A DNA stretch of 64,000 nucleotides from a virus: positions 39,157-103,156 of IMG/VR virus record IMGVR_UViG_3300036861_000330. One strand, written 5' to 3'. Below the pieces are notes generated by a model that worked only from the letters and a program-made list of their open reading frames with translations, ran no database searches and was not told the origin of the DNA. Made by a program: the position numbers and the translations under genes. Below are positions 37,449 through 47,304 of this stretch, in pieces. Numbering within the stretch: position 1 is the stretch's first letter; each line of letters opens with the position of its first letter.

Positions 37449-38726
37449 TTACGTAACGACCTCTTGGGTCCGAACGATAAGCTGGAAGGCACGGCTGACA
37501 GTGGTGTCGAAGACGGCCTGCAACTCCTGCCGAGCACGAATCACGTCGCCCTGACCACCAAGCGGAACCTCATAACTGTTTCGAATTGCTTTTGGCAACG
37601 TGATATCAAACCCAGTGTTCACATCGGTAATGCCAGAGACCTTCACCGTCGTTGGGGTCAACGCCTTGTAGAGGTCGAACTCGGCACGGTTCGGGAAGTC
37701 ACGGTCGAAGCTCAACGTCGCGTTTCGCGCACCGAACTTCACCCACTGGGCACCACGGTTGTTACTCTTCAGGCGGAACTGCGGCTCGCCGTTGTCCTCA
37801 ACCTGGAACTCAAACGTGTCAACGTCAAAAATCGCGGTTGTGTCAGGAATCTTGAAGTCCCACTGGCCAGCGCCAATCGGCACGCTTGTCGCAGAGTACA
37901 CCTCAGTTGGGTCAGTTTGTGTCGCCTCAGTACCACCAATAAGTGATGCACGGTACATCGCAACGCCGTCGTTCACCGTAATGGTGTAGGAACTAACAAC
38001 CAGCCCTGTGTACCCAAACACCTGGTTGTTCTTGATCTCAGTAATCGAGAGCGTTGTGGAAGTCATCGCGCTGTTTGCCGGCGTCGCAGTATAGACAAAG
38101 TTTGGTGAAGTACCAGTTCGCACCACCGTCAGCCGTGACGCCATCATGAAGTACGGAATGACATCCGGGAGAAATTCCAACTCAAGGTCGCCAGCGATGT
38201 TCTCGTTACCGGGCACTGCACCGTACGTGTCAACGGTCTGACGAATACCACGCCGCCAAATTGTTGCCTGCTGCTGACCAAGGTTTGTAGACTGCACCGG
38301 AAAGAATTTTGCTGGCGGCACATAGATACCGGAGTTACCAGCCGTATTAATGACAGGGAATGCGCCTGTGGGTGTTCCTGGCGTTGTGTCAATGTCAGTG
38401 GTAACGAGTCCAACCGTCTTGTACAGCAGCTCCGTCCCAACTGCGCCACCTGCTGCCGTCTTGTACAGCTTAAAGCCTGTCGCACCAGACACAGTCACCC
38501 ACGTTACAGTAACGGTCGATGTGGAACCAGTCGTCGTAATGCTCTGTTCGTTTGAGGCACTCGTCTCACCAGCGGCATTAATCGCTGTTACCACATACCG
38601 GTATGTGCCAGCCGTAATCGTACCACCAGTTGATGCAGTCGCCAGTGCGGACTGGACGGGTGGGAGAAGCACTTCCTTCGCAATGCCAATTGAGCCACCA
38701 CCGCCGATACCATAGACTGCGGTCAC
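37449..38726 (-). CDS. major tail tube protein with inserted FN3-like domain
   Basis: GIAKE N-terminus, tail-tube size and position; Thr-rich Ig-like insert (YRYVVTAINAAGET). Confidence 0.8.
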   Translation of the reverse strand: MTAVYGIGGGGSIGIAKEVLLPPVQSALATASTGGTITAGTYRYVVTAINAAGETSASNEQSITTTGSTSTVTVTWVTVSGATGFKLYKTAAGGAVGTELLYKTVGLVTTDIDTTPGTPTGAFPVINTAGNSGIYVPPAKFFPVQSTNLGQQQATIWRRGIRQTVDTYGAVPGNENIAGDLELEFLPDVIPYFMMASRLTVVRTGTSPNFVYTATPANSAMTSTTLSITEIKNNQVFGYTGLVVSSYTITVNDGVAMYRASLIGGTEATQTDPTEVYSATSVPIGAGQWDFKIPDTTAIFDVDTFEFQVEDNGEPQFRLKSNNRGAQWVKFGARNATLSFDRDFPNRAEFDLYKALTPTTVKVSGITDVNTGFDITLPKAIRNSYEVPLGGQGDVIRARQELQAVFDTTVSRAFQLIVRTQEVVT

Positions 38727-38992
38727 TTGTTCACCGCCTTCTTCTCAGTAGCAGCAGGCTTGGCTTCTTCCTTCTGCTTTTCCTTTTCTTTCTTATGAAC
38801 TTCAACCTTCACATAATCAACGTTCTTAAAGGCATCAAGAAGGTCTCGGCCACGAACAACACGGAAGTATGCAGCGTCCTCTTCCGTAACGACTTTCGTT
38901 GACCAGTTCTTCAACACGCCAAGGCCAGGAATCTCTATCTCTGCGCCTTCATGCATGTTGGTCAATTGCGGTGTTACCGCGTAATCTGGCAA
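38723..38992 (-). CDS. hypothetical virion-region protein
   Basis: Coupled ORF with RBS GAGGGG. Confidence 0.65.
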   Translation of the reverse strand: MPDYAVTPQLTNMHEGAEIEIPGLGVLKNWSTKVVTEEDAAYFRVVRGRDLLDAFKNVDYVKVEVHKKEKEKQKEEAKPAATEKKAVNK

Positions 38993-39001
38993 TTCCCCTC
39001 C

Positions 39002-39502
39002 TCACAAGCGCGCACGAGAGACACCACGCCACGTGAGCCGTGACCCTCGGAACTTCGCGCCACGTCTCGTCGCGATTCCTGGCTCTTTTCGAATAATATG
39101 GCCATGAATAACTAGTCCACCAAGGTTCTTCAACGGCTCACGGTGGATCACGTCAATAAGCTGCTCAGCGAATTTGTCGCCATCCTCGTTCACGGTTGGT
39201 GAGCTGTCAATCGCCGCATAAAACACAAGAATTTGCAAGTTGAGAATAACCTCAACGTAGTACCCAGTACCCTTGATCGTATAATCCGTCGTCCCTGGGT
39301 CAATCGCTGCACTTGGTACCACCGGCACACGGTCGATGTCGCCATACCAAACTTCCCGCAGCCCAACGGTGTAATCGGCTTTCAGCATGTCCTGCATCGT
39401 CTTGGTAACAAGCACGATGTCTTTGGTGAGCGTGCCGACTTGTGCGGTCATAACCGACGAATCCTCGCTCCCCAGTTGGAGACGACGATCCCGCTTGTCC
39501 AC
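39002..39502 (-). CDS. putative tail terminator/completion protein
   Basis: Position and size; the start is probably ~39451. Confidence 0.55.
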   Translation of the reverse strand: MDKRDRRLQLGSEDSSVMTAQVGTLTKDIVLVTKTMQDMLKADYTVGLREVWYGDIDRVPVVPSAAIDPGTTDYTIKGTGYYVEVILNLQILVFYAAIDSSPTVNEDGDKFAEQLIDVIHREPLKNLGGLVIHGHIIRKEPGIATRRGAKFRGSRLTWRGVSRARL

Positions 39503-39963
39503 TTTTGGAAAATAAGAAACACTTCCCGCTCGTCCTCGTCTTGCATCACCGCGAACGGGCGCGCCGGAAACTTCACGTTATGCTTATCATCACCGAACTG
39601 GTGCAGCTCGCCGTACCATGCATACGCAGGCAGGTTGCTGTACGTCGCAAACTGTGGGCCAATCGTCCACCGAGCAAGTGCGGTTGCAGCACCAAACAGT
39701 GACCCAGTCTCGACAAGAATATCGTTGGACATCCCGCCAAGCGTGCCTTCCCGGTCACGTCGCCGTAAGGTCGCCTCGGAAAGTGGCTCCCACGGTGGCC
39801 GGCCGCCTTCAAGGAAGTTCTGCGTCACTGATGGGATCAGCACCGTACGGACGCTGGCAGTCAGTGGCACGCGGAACGTCCGAAAACCCCGTGCCATCGC
39901 ACCAAACCGGTTCCCAATGATTTTAAGATCCGGTTCGAACTTGATGTAGACGCCAGCACCCAA
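39448..39963 (-). CDS. phage virion morphogenesis (Mu gpG-like) protein
   Basis: NF..GGRP.W.PLS..T...IL..TG.L...HQFG...PARPF motif. Confidence 0.8.
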   Translation of the reverse strand: MGAGVYIKFEPDLKIIGNRFGAMARGFRTFRVPLTASVRTVLIPSVTQNFLEGGRPPWEPLSEATLRRRDREGTLGGMSNDILVETGSLFGAATALARWTIGPQFATYSNLPAYAWYGELHQFGDDKHNVKFPARPFAVMQDEDEREVFLIFQKWTSGIVVSNWGARIRRL

Positions 39964-40151
39964 TCGAAAGGACTCCCCGTGCCAGGAAGGTCAGAACACA
40001 TCCGTATGACGCAAGACATACTTAGTAAAGAACTACCGCCACTGTTCGATGAACTCTATAGAGATTCAGCAGTTTCCCATATCGCTGCAACGATTGTCGA
40101 TAGTCTTCAGTACCACTTTGGTATCGGTGAGCACGACCGCGATCCGACTGA

Positions 40152-40631
40152 CTAATACCGATCCGCCATTGTAAATTTTATATCTTCACTGCCTTCCCAG
40201 CCGATAATAAACCCCTGCGCATCGACAATCTGGGAAGCCCCAGTGAGGTCATCTGGGTAAAAGATTGGGTTGTTTGCGCTTGGGTTTGTTGACTCAGCAT
40301 CGGTGAGCTGCAAAATACCGTTAGCCAAATCTTGTAGCAAGTTCTCAGCCATTCGCTCAAGCTTGTTGGCATATTTATTGCCGGCGTCAGACTCTTCGGA
40401 GTACGATTTATTGTACCGGTTGGCTGCAATCCGAATGGCAATAATGACCCGCACGAGCATTGGCGTTGTTGCTGCGTCAACCCACGTCGCCGTGTTATAG
40501 ACCTGGCTGAGCCGGGCAAGCACGATTGTTGCCTGATTGAACTCCTCTGGAAGAGGATCATTGTTTGGCAACAGTAACTTGCCCGGATCAAGCCAGGACT
40601 GAACTTCCGCGATACCAACATGCAGTGGCAT
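40152..40631 (-). CDS. putative head-tail adaptor (Mu gp36-like)
   Basis: Position after the capsid gene; helical size class, LLQDLANGILQL. Confidence 0.55.
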   Translation of the reverse strand: MPLHVGIAEVQSWLDPGKLLLPNNDPLPEEFNQATIVLARLSQVYNTATWVDAATTPMLVRVIIAIRIAANRYNKSYSEESDAGNKYANKLERMAENLLQDLANGILQLTDAESTNPSANNPIFYPDDLTGASQIVDAQGFIIGWEGSEDIKFTMADRY

Positions 40632-40635
40632 TTAG

Positions 40636-41019
40636 CTACTTTTTGTCTGGTGCCTTCGGTGGAGTTGCTGACGGGCCAGACGGCTTGACAACCGCCTTTG
40701 CCTCTGGCTCTGGCTCTGGTTCGACTTCACCACTTGCGAGCACGTAGATCTCACGCTCAGACGTTTGCAGCTTGTACGTAGCAGTGTTCAGCTCAGCTTC
40801 CGCCTTCTCCTGCTCAGCACGAGCCTTCTCTGTTGCTCTTTCAGCGGCAGTAAGTGCATCATGCACAGACTTCGGTGCGGCGGTTCCAGCGATACGAAGC
40901 TCGCGAAGTTGATCCTCAGTCATTTCGGAAGGAACTTCATCGCCACGCCGCACTTCAATCACAGTCCCGTCAGATACCCCATATTTGAAGTTAGAAAGGG
41001 CAACGTACTGTTCCGGCAC
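40636..41019 (-). CDS. hypothetical head-region protein
   Basis: ORF with RBS GGAGG. Confidence 0.65.
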   Translation of the reverse strand: MPEQYVALSNFKYGVSDGTVIEVRRGDEVPSEMTEDQLRELRIAGTAAPKSVHDALTAAERATEKARAEQEKAEAELNTATYKLQTSEREIYVLASGEVEPEPEPEAKAVVKPSGPSATPPKAPDKK

Positions 41020-41040
41020 TTCTCAACCTCCTTCCAACTA

Positions 41041-41508
41041 CTAATTCGGATACGCGCATGTCACGACTTTATGGGCAGTTGACGCACTAGTTGAACCAGA
41101 GAGAAGAGCCGCATACGAAGTATCCGTTAATCGTTCAGAGATCGTCTGTAGAAACGAGCCATTTGGCCAGTCGAACGTTTGTCCGTTGACATGCGCAACT
41201 GATCCACCCAACGCTCGCTTCCCAGCAGGGCACGTGACCGTCACAACGATACTTCCGCTGTAAGAAGGAATCACTTCGTCCTGAATGACAACCTCGTAGC
41301 CACGTAACCCACTCTGATTCCAGTTGAGAGCAGTCTCATTCCCAGCGCACTGCTGCCCAGCTTCGCTATCAATGGCATGAAGTAACCCGTTGCTATTTTG
41401 CCTACATCCGTGGATCACTCCGACACTGTCAGGAATACTCGCGTACGCGATCCCGCCAGCCAGCACCAACAGTGCCGAGGTGAGCCCAACTGCTAACCGC
41501 TTCCTCAC
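41041..41508 (-). CDS. secreted-type hypothetical protein inserted after the capsid gene
   Basis: Signal peptide ending AYA; IHGC...LNWNQ motif. Confidence 0.65.
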   Translation of the reverse strand: MRKRLAVGLTSALLVLAGGIAYASIPDSVGVIHGCRQNSNGLLHAIDSEAGQQCAGNETALNWNQSGLRGYEVVIQDEVIPSYSGSIVVTVTCPAGKRALGGSVAHVNGQTFDWPNGSFLQTISERLTDTSYAALLSGSTSASTAHKVVTCAYPN

Positions 41509-42491
41509 GGAGCGACAGCCGTCTTAATCACGTAGCCACCAATGGCCTTTCCTGTTGTGTCCTGTGCAGGAAGCTTCAGGTCATACCGTCGCTGGTTACG
41601 GATAACATCAGACTTTCGGTTGTTTTCGCGCCACCGATCAGTCACCGTTGGAAGCCCGGCGCCATAACCCCAGTTGAACTCGTACCCAAATGCCGGAATA
41701 CGAAGCCCAGGGTTTGGTGGCACCCACGCCATCACAACGTCGCGGCCCCACAAGTAGCCGAGCGTCGGGGTCTGGCCCATCGCGGCAGTGTTCTGCCCAA
41801 CGGACGGCATAATGATGTTCGGGACACCAACCACGGCGCCAATCAGATCTGGCGACAGGATGCCACGCTCACTGTACTTGATCCGCTCGATAAAGTCTGG
41901 ATGGTCCTCAAGGATCGACATCACCTGATACGGAACGACAGCGGTGTTGGGGTCCACGAACAGTTGTGAGTTGATCGCACGCTGACCCTTACGGAAGTCA
42001 GCGATCGGGTTTGAGTTCACATAGTCCGACCACTGCGCGGTACCTGAAAGGGTGTCGAACATCTGGGTAGGTGTGGTCGCGTAGTTTGCAGTGGTAGTAA
42101 CAAGCGTCTTAATTGCGACTTCGCGCCCCAGCAACACCTTCTGCGTCACGAGAAACGCACCGTCCTCGTCAGGCGAGAACGGAGAGTCGGCGTTTTCCCG
42201 CTCTTCGTCGGTCACAGCAATTTGCAGTGCGTGCTCAACAGCGAAGTAACTGTCGGTTGACACGGCATACCCTGGAATTTCATTCGCCTCAGTGCCAGGC
42301 GCTCGAACGTCCAAGTGCGTGGACCACGCTTCGCGACCGAAGATGTAGTACTTGTTCGACTGCTTCTGAACATTGACTCGTGGGAACAACCGCTCACCCA
42401 CGAATTCATTGTTCGGGAAGCCGACCGAGATATTGGTGAGGGCAACGTCAATGTGGACGTTACCGCCGCCCCTAGGATCCCAAACAGCCAT
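41505..42491 (-). CDS. major capsid protein
   Basis: 328 aa; HIDVALTNISVG...FPRVNVQKQS.KY..F, W.DY.NSNPI.D and FGYEF pattern; follows scaffold and cement genes. Confidence 0.88.
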   Translation of the reverse strand: MAVWDPRGGGNVHIDVALTNISVGFPNNEFVGERLFPRVNVQKQSNKYYIFGREAWSTHLDVRAPGTEANEIPGYAVSTDSYFAVEHALQIAVTDEERENADSPFSPDEDGAFLVTQKVLLGREVAIKTLVTTTANYATTPTQMFDTLSGTAQWSDYVNSNPIADFRKGQRAINSQLFVDPNTAVVPYQVMSILEDHPDFIERIKYSERGILSPDLIGAVVGVPNIIMPSVGQNTAAMGQTPTLGYLWGRDVVMAWVPPNPGLRIPAFGYEFNWGYGAGLPTVTDRWRENNRKSDVIRNQRRYDLKLPAQDTTGKAIGGYVIKTAVAP

Positions 42492-42516
42492 TTAAGGTTT
42501 TCGCCTCCTCTCCTAA

Positions 42517-42930
42517 TTAGGTGCCGTACTGGCTACCAGGTATGAGCAGCACATCAATCAGGTCACCAGCAGCGCTCGCTGCACCAGAACCAGTGGAAAC
42601 AACAATCCCAACCGTTCGCGCAGCAGCAGTTGTCGTGGTCGTAACTCGCGTAAACGTAGTTGCGCCAACATCGACCATGTCACCAGCGTTCGACACACCT
42701 TCAGCAATAGCTTTCGTAATGCCAAGGATACGAACTTCAGCAACCTGCTTCCCAATGTCCGCAGTGACGACTGCCTGCTGAAGAACACCGATCGCAAGAT
42801 CGGTGGCGGCCGTGCACGGCGTGACGTGGTCCGCACCGGCGGCGCCACTGACAAGCTTCACAAGTGCGAACTGTGGAGCTGCGGCGTCAACGATAAAGCC
42901 CTTATCAAGGACGTAGTTCGGACCTGCCAT
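42517..42930 (-). CDS. capsid cement/decoration protein (DUF2190-like)
   Basis: Small Ala/Gly/Val-rich protein ending AAGDLIDVLL, upstream of the capsid gene. Confidence 0.75.
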   Translation of the reverse strand: MAGPNYVLDKGFIVDAAAPQFALVKLVSGAAGADHVTPCTAATDLAIGVLQQAVVTADIGKQVAEVRILGITKAIAEGVSNAGDMVDVGATTFTRVTTTTTAAARTVGIVVSTGSGAASAAGDLIDVLLIPGSQYGT

Positions 42931-42933
42931 TCG

Positions 42934-43584
42934 TTACTTCACCTCCCCTTCAATGAACGAAGCGTTCCTGTACGCCTTGTACAGCGCTGGGTTCTCTGAG
43001 GAGAGCTGCCGCATGGCTTCTGACATGGTGACTTTGTTCTCCTGCATCCGACGCTCAACCCCAGCAGAGAACTGCTTCACCGGGTCGTCAATCGTAGACA
43101 GATCAAAGTCAGTGTCGACACGGCCACGCTCGCCAAGCTCAACCAGGCCCTTTTCTTTCACCTCAGCAAACAGCTTGACGATGTCGTCAGCAAGCGGCTT
43201 TGGCGACTTGATAAGAAGCTGAAGCAGCTTCTCCTGTGCAGGGACAGGAAGTACATAGCCCTTGCCCTCGGAAAGCGTCTGCACCGCAGTCTGTGCCTCA
43301 GACAGACGAAGTGCCGACTCAAGACGCTCTGCACGCTCACGCAGTTGCGTGTTCACGTCGCTCAGCTTCTTGAGCTGCGTCTCCTCGTCCTGGTCACGAA
43401 GTTGCTTGATAACCTCGTCCAGGCTCGTCTTCAGATCGTCCTTCGGCTCGCCACCACTGCCGTTCCCGCCGCCATTGTTCTCTGACGGTGTGTTCAGCCG
43501 CTTGTTCAGCGCATCAGCAATGTCTTCCTCACTAGCAGCCTCCGAAAGACCAAAGACTTTCCGAAGGCTATCGGTGAAGGCCAT
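42934..43584 (-). CDS. capsid scaffolding protein
   Basis: FGLSEAASEEDI N-terminus, coiled coil; between protease and capsid genes. Confidence 0.7.
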   Translation of the reverse strand: MAFTDSLRKVFGLSEAASEEDIADALNKRLNTPSENNGGGNGSGGEPKDDLKTSLDEVIKQLRDQDEETQLKKLSDVNTQLRERAERLESALRLSEAQTAVQTLSEGKGYVLPVPAQEKLLQLLIKSPKPLADDIVKLFAEVKEKGLVELGERGRVDTDFDLSTIDDPVKQFSAGVERRMQENKVTMSEAMRQLSSENPALYKAYRNASFIEGEVK

Positions 43585-44203
43585 GCATGTCCTCCTTTCG
43601 GAGTAGATATGTAAGGAACTCTTCCATCAAGTGGATTCGGCTGTCCTCGGCTAACTCCTTTCGCATTGCCTGTACAGCCTCCTCGACAATCGCTTGTCGG
43701 TCTGCTTCTGAAAGCCGTACCGGTTCGAGTGGGCCAATCTCTGCCATCGTGATCGGCAGCAGATCCTTCAGGAACGGACGGTTCGTAAGCGCCGCTCCAA
43801 AGAGCACGTCCTTATACTTCTGCCCCGTCCTTTCATGTGCCCACTCGTCCTTAAACTCAGGTGAGAGGTACTTATACTCTTTCTCGTTAATAGCCCGAAT
43901 AGCTTCATTCGTGAACTCGACATCGATCCACAAGCCGTCGCCCCGAGCTTCCGCGCCTTTGATCCAGCCGGCAGCTTTGTTGCCTTTAGCTGGATCTTGT
44001 TTGTGGTCGTAATCGATATCAGGGTCAATACCTCGGACCCTGTTCTTCACGTTGTCGGCGAACCGGAACAGCCGCTCGGGCGTAAATGGGATCTTTCCCC
44101 AAACGGGGTGGCTATACTCACCAACCGGCATCGCGTGCAGCCACGTACGGCCCTCGGAGAGCTGAAGCCCAGCAAGATCGATGATATAGTTAAAGTTGCC
44201 CAA
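43568..44203 (-). CDS. Mu gpI-like capsid maturation protease
   Basis: IDYDH...AAGWI...EYKYLSPEF...GAALTNRPF. Confidence 0.88.
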   Translation of the reverse strand: MGNFNYIIDLAGLQLSEGRTWLHAMPVGEYSHPVWGKIPFTPERLFRFADNVKNRVRGIDPDIDYDHKQDPAKGNKAAGWIKGAEARGDGLWIDVEFTNEAIRAINEKEYKYLSPEFKDEWAHERTGQKYKDVLFGAALTNRPFLKDLLPITMAEIGPLEPVRLSEADRQAIVEEAVQAMRKELAEDSRIHLMEEFLTYLLRKEDMHGLHR

Positions 44204-44221
44204 CGGACTCCTCCTATTACT

Positions 44222-44255
44222 CTCATAGTACGCTGCGTGTCAATATGATATCGTG
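44222..44255 (-). promoter_or_regulatory. putative late promoter/operator, copy 1
   Basis: Near-identical 34-bp motif also at 60983-61016; minus strand reads CACGATATCATATTGACA-N7-TACWATGAG. Confidence 0.6.
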
Positions 44256-44302
44256 TGTGATAAACCGCGCCGCTATATCGTCAACGACCCACAGGGGGCA
44301 GG

Positions 44303-44614
44303 ATGGGCGTTCCAACTCCAAAGACTTGGGTGACAGGAGAGTATGTGTCCTTTAGGGATATGTTCTCGACTGCATATCCTCCAACCGTACCAGCAATTGC
44401 CGCTGTCATTACACGAAACTATAAACGGTACTGTCAATGGTGTCGTGAAAATGAGATTTCGGAGTACGACCGGCGGTACCGATTTATTAGGGAGCGAAAA
44501 GATCTCCCCGCCATCAGTAATGTCCAGATCATTATCGACTCGGTGCCATCGTGGTGGGAACCGCGAGATTTTGAGTACGTCGAGTGGCTTCGAGACACAT
44601 GGCCACCGGAATAG
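44303..44614 (+). CDS. hypothetical protein, opposite strand to the structural operon
   Basis: RBS GGGGGCAGG; N-terminus resembles that of ORF 25601..26143. Confidence 0.55.
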   Translation: MGVPTPKTWVTGEYVSFRDMFSTAYPPTVPAIAAVITRNYKRYCQWCRENEISEYDRRYRFIRERKDLPAISNVQIIIDSVPSWWEPRDFEYVEWLRDTWPPE

Positions 44615-44616
44615 AG

Positions 44617-44964
44617 TTATACGTTTTCAACCAGAAAGTCGCCGTGCATCAACGTCTGCGGGTGGCCACCTGTGGTCGCATTTACTTTATAAAAGTAGAG
44701 TCCTGTTGCTGCCGTCGCCGCGGTCGAAAGCTGCACGGTAAATGAACCGTTCGGCGCGTCGGTAATGATGATCGTACCACTACCTGTCGAGTACGTTGCG
44801 ATTGCTGAGCCGTCCGCAGTGTCTCTTGTTGCCTTCACAGTCATCGTGATCGACGCACCTGCCAAGTTAAACGGTGCCAACGTCGCATTGGCAAGCCGCT
44901 TTTGTGCAGTCACTTCCAGAAGCGGCTCGTTTCCTTCCTGAACCTTCAGCAGAATGTAACTCAC
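44617..44964 (-). CDS. BppU-like Ig-fold virion protein
   Basis: PFNLAGASITMTVK...G.FTV.L...T...G.Y.Y pattern. Confidence 0.6.
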   Translation of the reverse strand: MSYILLKVQEGNEPLLEVTAQKRLANATLAPFNLAGASITMTVKATRDTADGSAIATYSTGSGTIIITDAPNGSFTVQLSTAATAATGLYFYKVNATTGGHPQTLMHGDFLVENV

Positions 44965-46979
44965 ACCGGCTCCAATACAGAGGTAGCAATTGGAGTAATT
45001 TTCGTTTCTGGCACTGTGATGGTGTATCCAGTGAGCACAGTCGTTGTCACTTGAATGATCTTTGGTTCGGCAATTTCTCCAAGCACAACTTGGAGAACTC
45101 CAAACGCTGCCTCTGATGCAATACCTGCCGTGGTGAGCGTAACCCCTTCACCAGCAACCGCAGTGCTACCGAACCGTTCTGTTGTTGAAATCCCATGTGG
45201 GTTGATGCTGACAATAACACTGACGGAAACAGTACCAAATGTTTCTGTCGATTTAGTGCCAACTGGTGCAACCGTAAGCGTGAGTGTTTGTACACCGAAT
45301 GCTTCGTCGCTGCGAACTGAGGCTGGCGAGATTGTTACGGTACCGGGTGTAACGGTGGCAGTACCGAACTTCTCCGTCGAGATGATACCGACAGCTTGAA
45401 GTGCTTGTGCGACTGATGCTGTACCAAGTGTTTCGACTGACTGGACACCAATCGGTGAGACCGTCTGTGCTGCGGCAATTGCTGTGAACGCAGTGCCAAA
45501 TATTTCTGCCGACTGGATCGCGTTAGGTGAGACTGTCGCTGTACCAGGTGTCGTTGTTGCGGTTCCGACGACTTCGACCGTGGTGATCCCGATGGCACTA
45601 ACGCTTTGCGCAATGGAAGCAGAACCAAGAAGCTGTGCCGTTGGAATCCCAGTTGGTGTAACTGTGAGTGTGGTTGTCCCAGTGCCAGCAGTCTCGGATG
45701 ACCGGATACCAACTGTCGAAATAACTTGCGCCGTAAGCGTAGCGCCAAATGCTTCGTTCGTCGTAACTGGTGCAGGTGTGACGAAGAGTGTCGTTTGGAC
45801 AGTACCAAGGACTTCTGTAGTCTGGATACCGCTTGGTGAGACTGTCTGTGGTGCTCCTGCAACTGCGACCGTCGCAGTACCAAGTACCTCAGAAGACGAG
45901 ATACTGTTCGGAGAAAGTGTAACAACGCCAGGCGTAACAGTGACATTGCCACCACGCTCTTCGGTTCGAATACCGACAGCCGAAACTGTAACGCTGACTT
46001 GGGCAGTGCCAACTGTTTCAGACGATACAGTACCACTTGGTGAGAGTGCGACTGTGGCTGTAGTTACCGCTGCGCCAAGAAATTCAGAAGTCTGAATGCT
46101 AGTTGGTGAAACAACCTGCGTAACAGCAACAGCACCGACCAGTTCGCCAGTCATAACTGGAACAGGCGTGACAACGGCTGTGACTTTAGCAACACTGACT
46201 GACTCAGCGGTCGAAATTGCAGTAGGAGAAACCGTCTGTGGTGATCCACCACCTGCCAGCGCAAGCCCAGCCGCCCACGCACCTTGCTGTGTCCCTGCTG
46301 CTGATGCCGTCCACGTCAAACTTTGCCCACCAGCAGGCGTCACGTCAAGGATAGTCGCACAAGCGTTCCGCTGGCCAACCGAACCGGTGTATCCCCACTG
46401 TTCTGTTGAACTAGCAGGGCCGCTGGTGTAGGTGACAGTGGACCCGGAGTCCATCCCAGCAAACGACACGATCAAGTCATGATTCGTGACCGTTGTCAGT
46501 GTGGCAGTAATTGCCGCAGTGTTGCCAGTCCATGTCTGTGTCGCGTCAAGCGTTGCCGATGCGTCTTTAATCGCAATGATAGAGCCAGACCCAGTAACAG
46601 CCTGCGCTGCCGTCCATGTGTAGGTCGATGGCTCGGTACCATCAGCGGTGCGCTGGAACACATGCATTGAGTAATTGACCGTTGTCCCAGCGGAGTCGTT
46701 GTAGATTTTCGTCCACCCGGCTGGGACACCGGAATCGCCAGCGCCAAACTCCTGGCCAGCAACAAACGAGGCGTGGGCATTGAACGTGATCGAGGCAAGG
46801 AGCACGTCACCAGACTGCCGACCAGCCGGGACATTCAGGACGTAGCTGGTCCCTGCCGTTGTAACAGTCGTGAGCGCCCCAGTACCTCGGACACTGGGGG
46901 TCGTCGGTGGTGGTGGCGTGCCAGGTGGCGCTTTACTGATGAACGCGCCATACCGACGCCAACGACCAAGCTGTGGCAT
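44961..46979 (-). CDS. repetitive Thr/Val/Ser-rich virion protein
   Basis: ~20-aa repeats (VSP.GI.S.E.FGTATV) after an N-terminal beta domain. Confidence 0.75.
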   Translation of the reverse strand: MPQLGRWRRYGAFISKAPPGTPPPPTTPSVRGTGALTTVTTAGTSYVLNVPAGRQSGDVLLASITFNAHASFVAGQEFGAGDSGVPAGWTKIYNDSAGTTVNYSMHVFQRTADGTEPSTYTWTAAQAVTGSGSIIAIKDASATLDATQTWTGNTAAITATLTTVTNHDLIVSFAGMDSGSTVTYTSGPASSTEQWGYTGSVGQRNACATILDVTPAGGQSLTWTASAAGTQQGAWAAGLALAGGGSPQTVSPTAISTAESVSVAKVTAVVTPVPVMTGELVGAVAVTQVVSPTSIQTSEFLGAAVTTATVALSPSGTVSSETVGTAQVSVTVSAVGIRTEERGGNVTVTPGVVTLSPNSISSSEVLGTATVAVAGAPQTVSPSGIQTTEVLGTVQTTLFVTPAPVTTNEAFGATLTAQVISTVGIRSSETAGTGTTTLTVTPTGIPTAQLLGSASIAQSVSAIGITTVEVVGTATTTPGTATVSPNAIQSAEIFGTAFTAIAAAQTVSPIGVQSVETLGTASVAQALQAVGIISTEKFGTATVTPGTVTISPASVRSDEAFGVQTLTLTVAPVGTKSTETFGTVSVSVIVSINPHGISTTERFGSTAVAGEGVTLTTAGIASEAAFGVLQVVLGEIAEPKIIQVTTTVLTGYTITVPETKITPIATSVLEPV

Positions 46980-46986
46980 TTAGTGG

Positions 46987-47304
46987 TTACGCTTCCTCAA
47001 GTTCGACATCTGCACCCTGGCTGCAAAAATGGCACCAAAGCTGCGTTGCAACCCGTGTCCGTTCTTCATGGACAACAGAGCCAGCAGCACGACGAAACTC
47101 AGCAACGGTGAACTGGCCATCCACATCTTCGTGGAGTTCTTCCTCCACCGGGAAAGACCAAGGCAGTCGTTGCAGACTGACAAACTGTGTTTTGAGACAG
47201 GTTGGGCACTGATAGGACAGTGCAATATCAGCACCGGTATCGGCCGCAACCGGCTTCCAGTCGTTCGCACCATGCGTCTTGATGACCACGTCCACTCCAA
47301 TCAT
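46987..47304 (-). CDS. hypothetical Zn-ribbon protein
   Basis: CPTC...CHFC; coupled to the upstream gene. Confidence 0.55.
   Translation of the reverse strand: MIGVDVVIKTHGANDWKPVAADTGADIALSYQCPTCLKTQFVSLQRLPWSFPVEEELHEDVDGQFTVAEFRRAAGSVVHEERTRVATQLWCHFCSQGADVELEEA

Noticed and set aside
44255-44263. Self-target of spacer GTGTGATAA (unit at 3122) next to the late motif
   Set aside because: A single 9-mer match is expected by chance in 64 kb, and the partner spacer (ACAGAGGAC) has no adjacent match. A full self-target search could not be done by eye.
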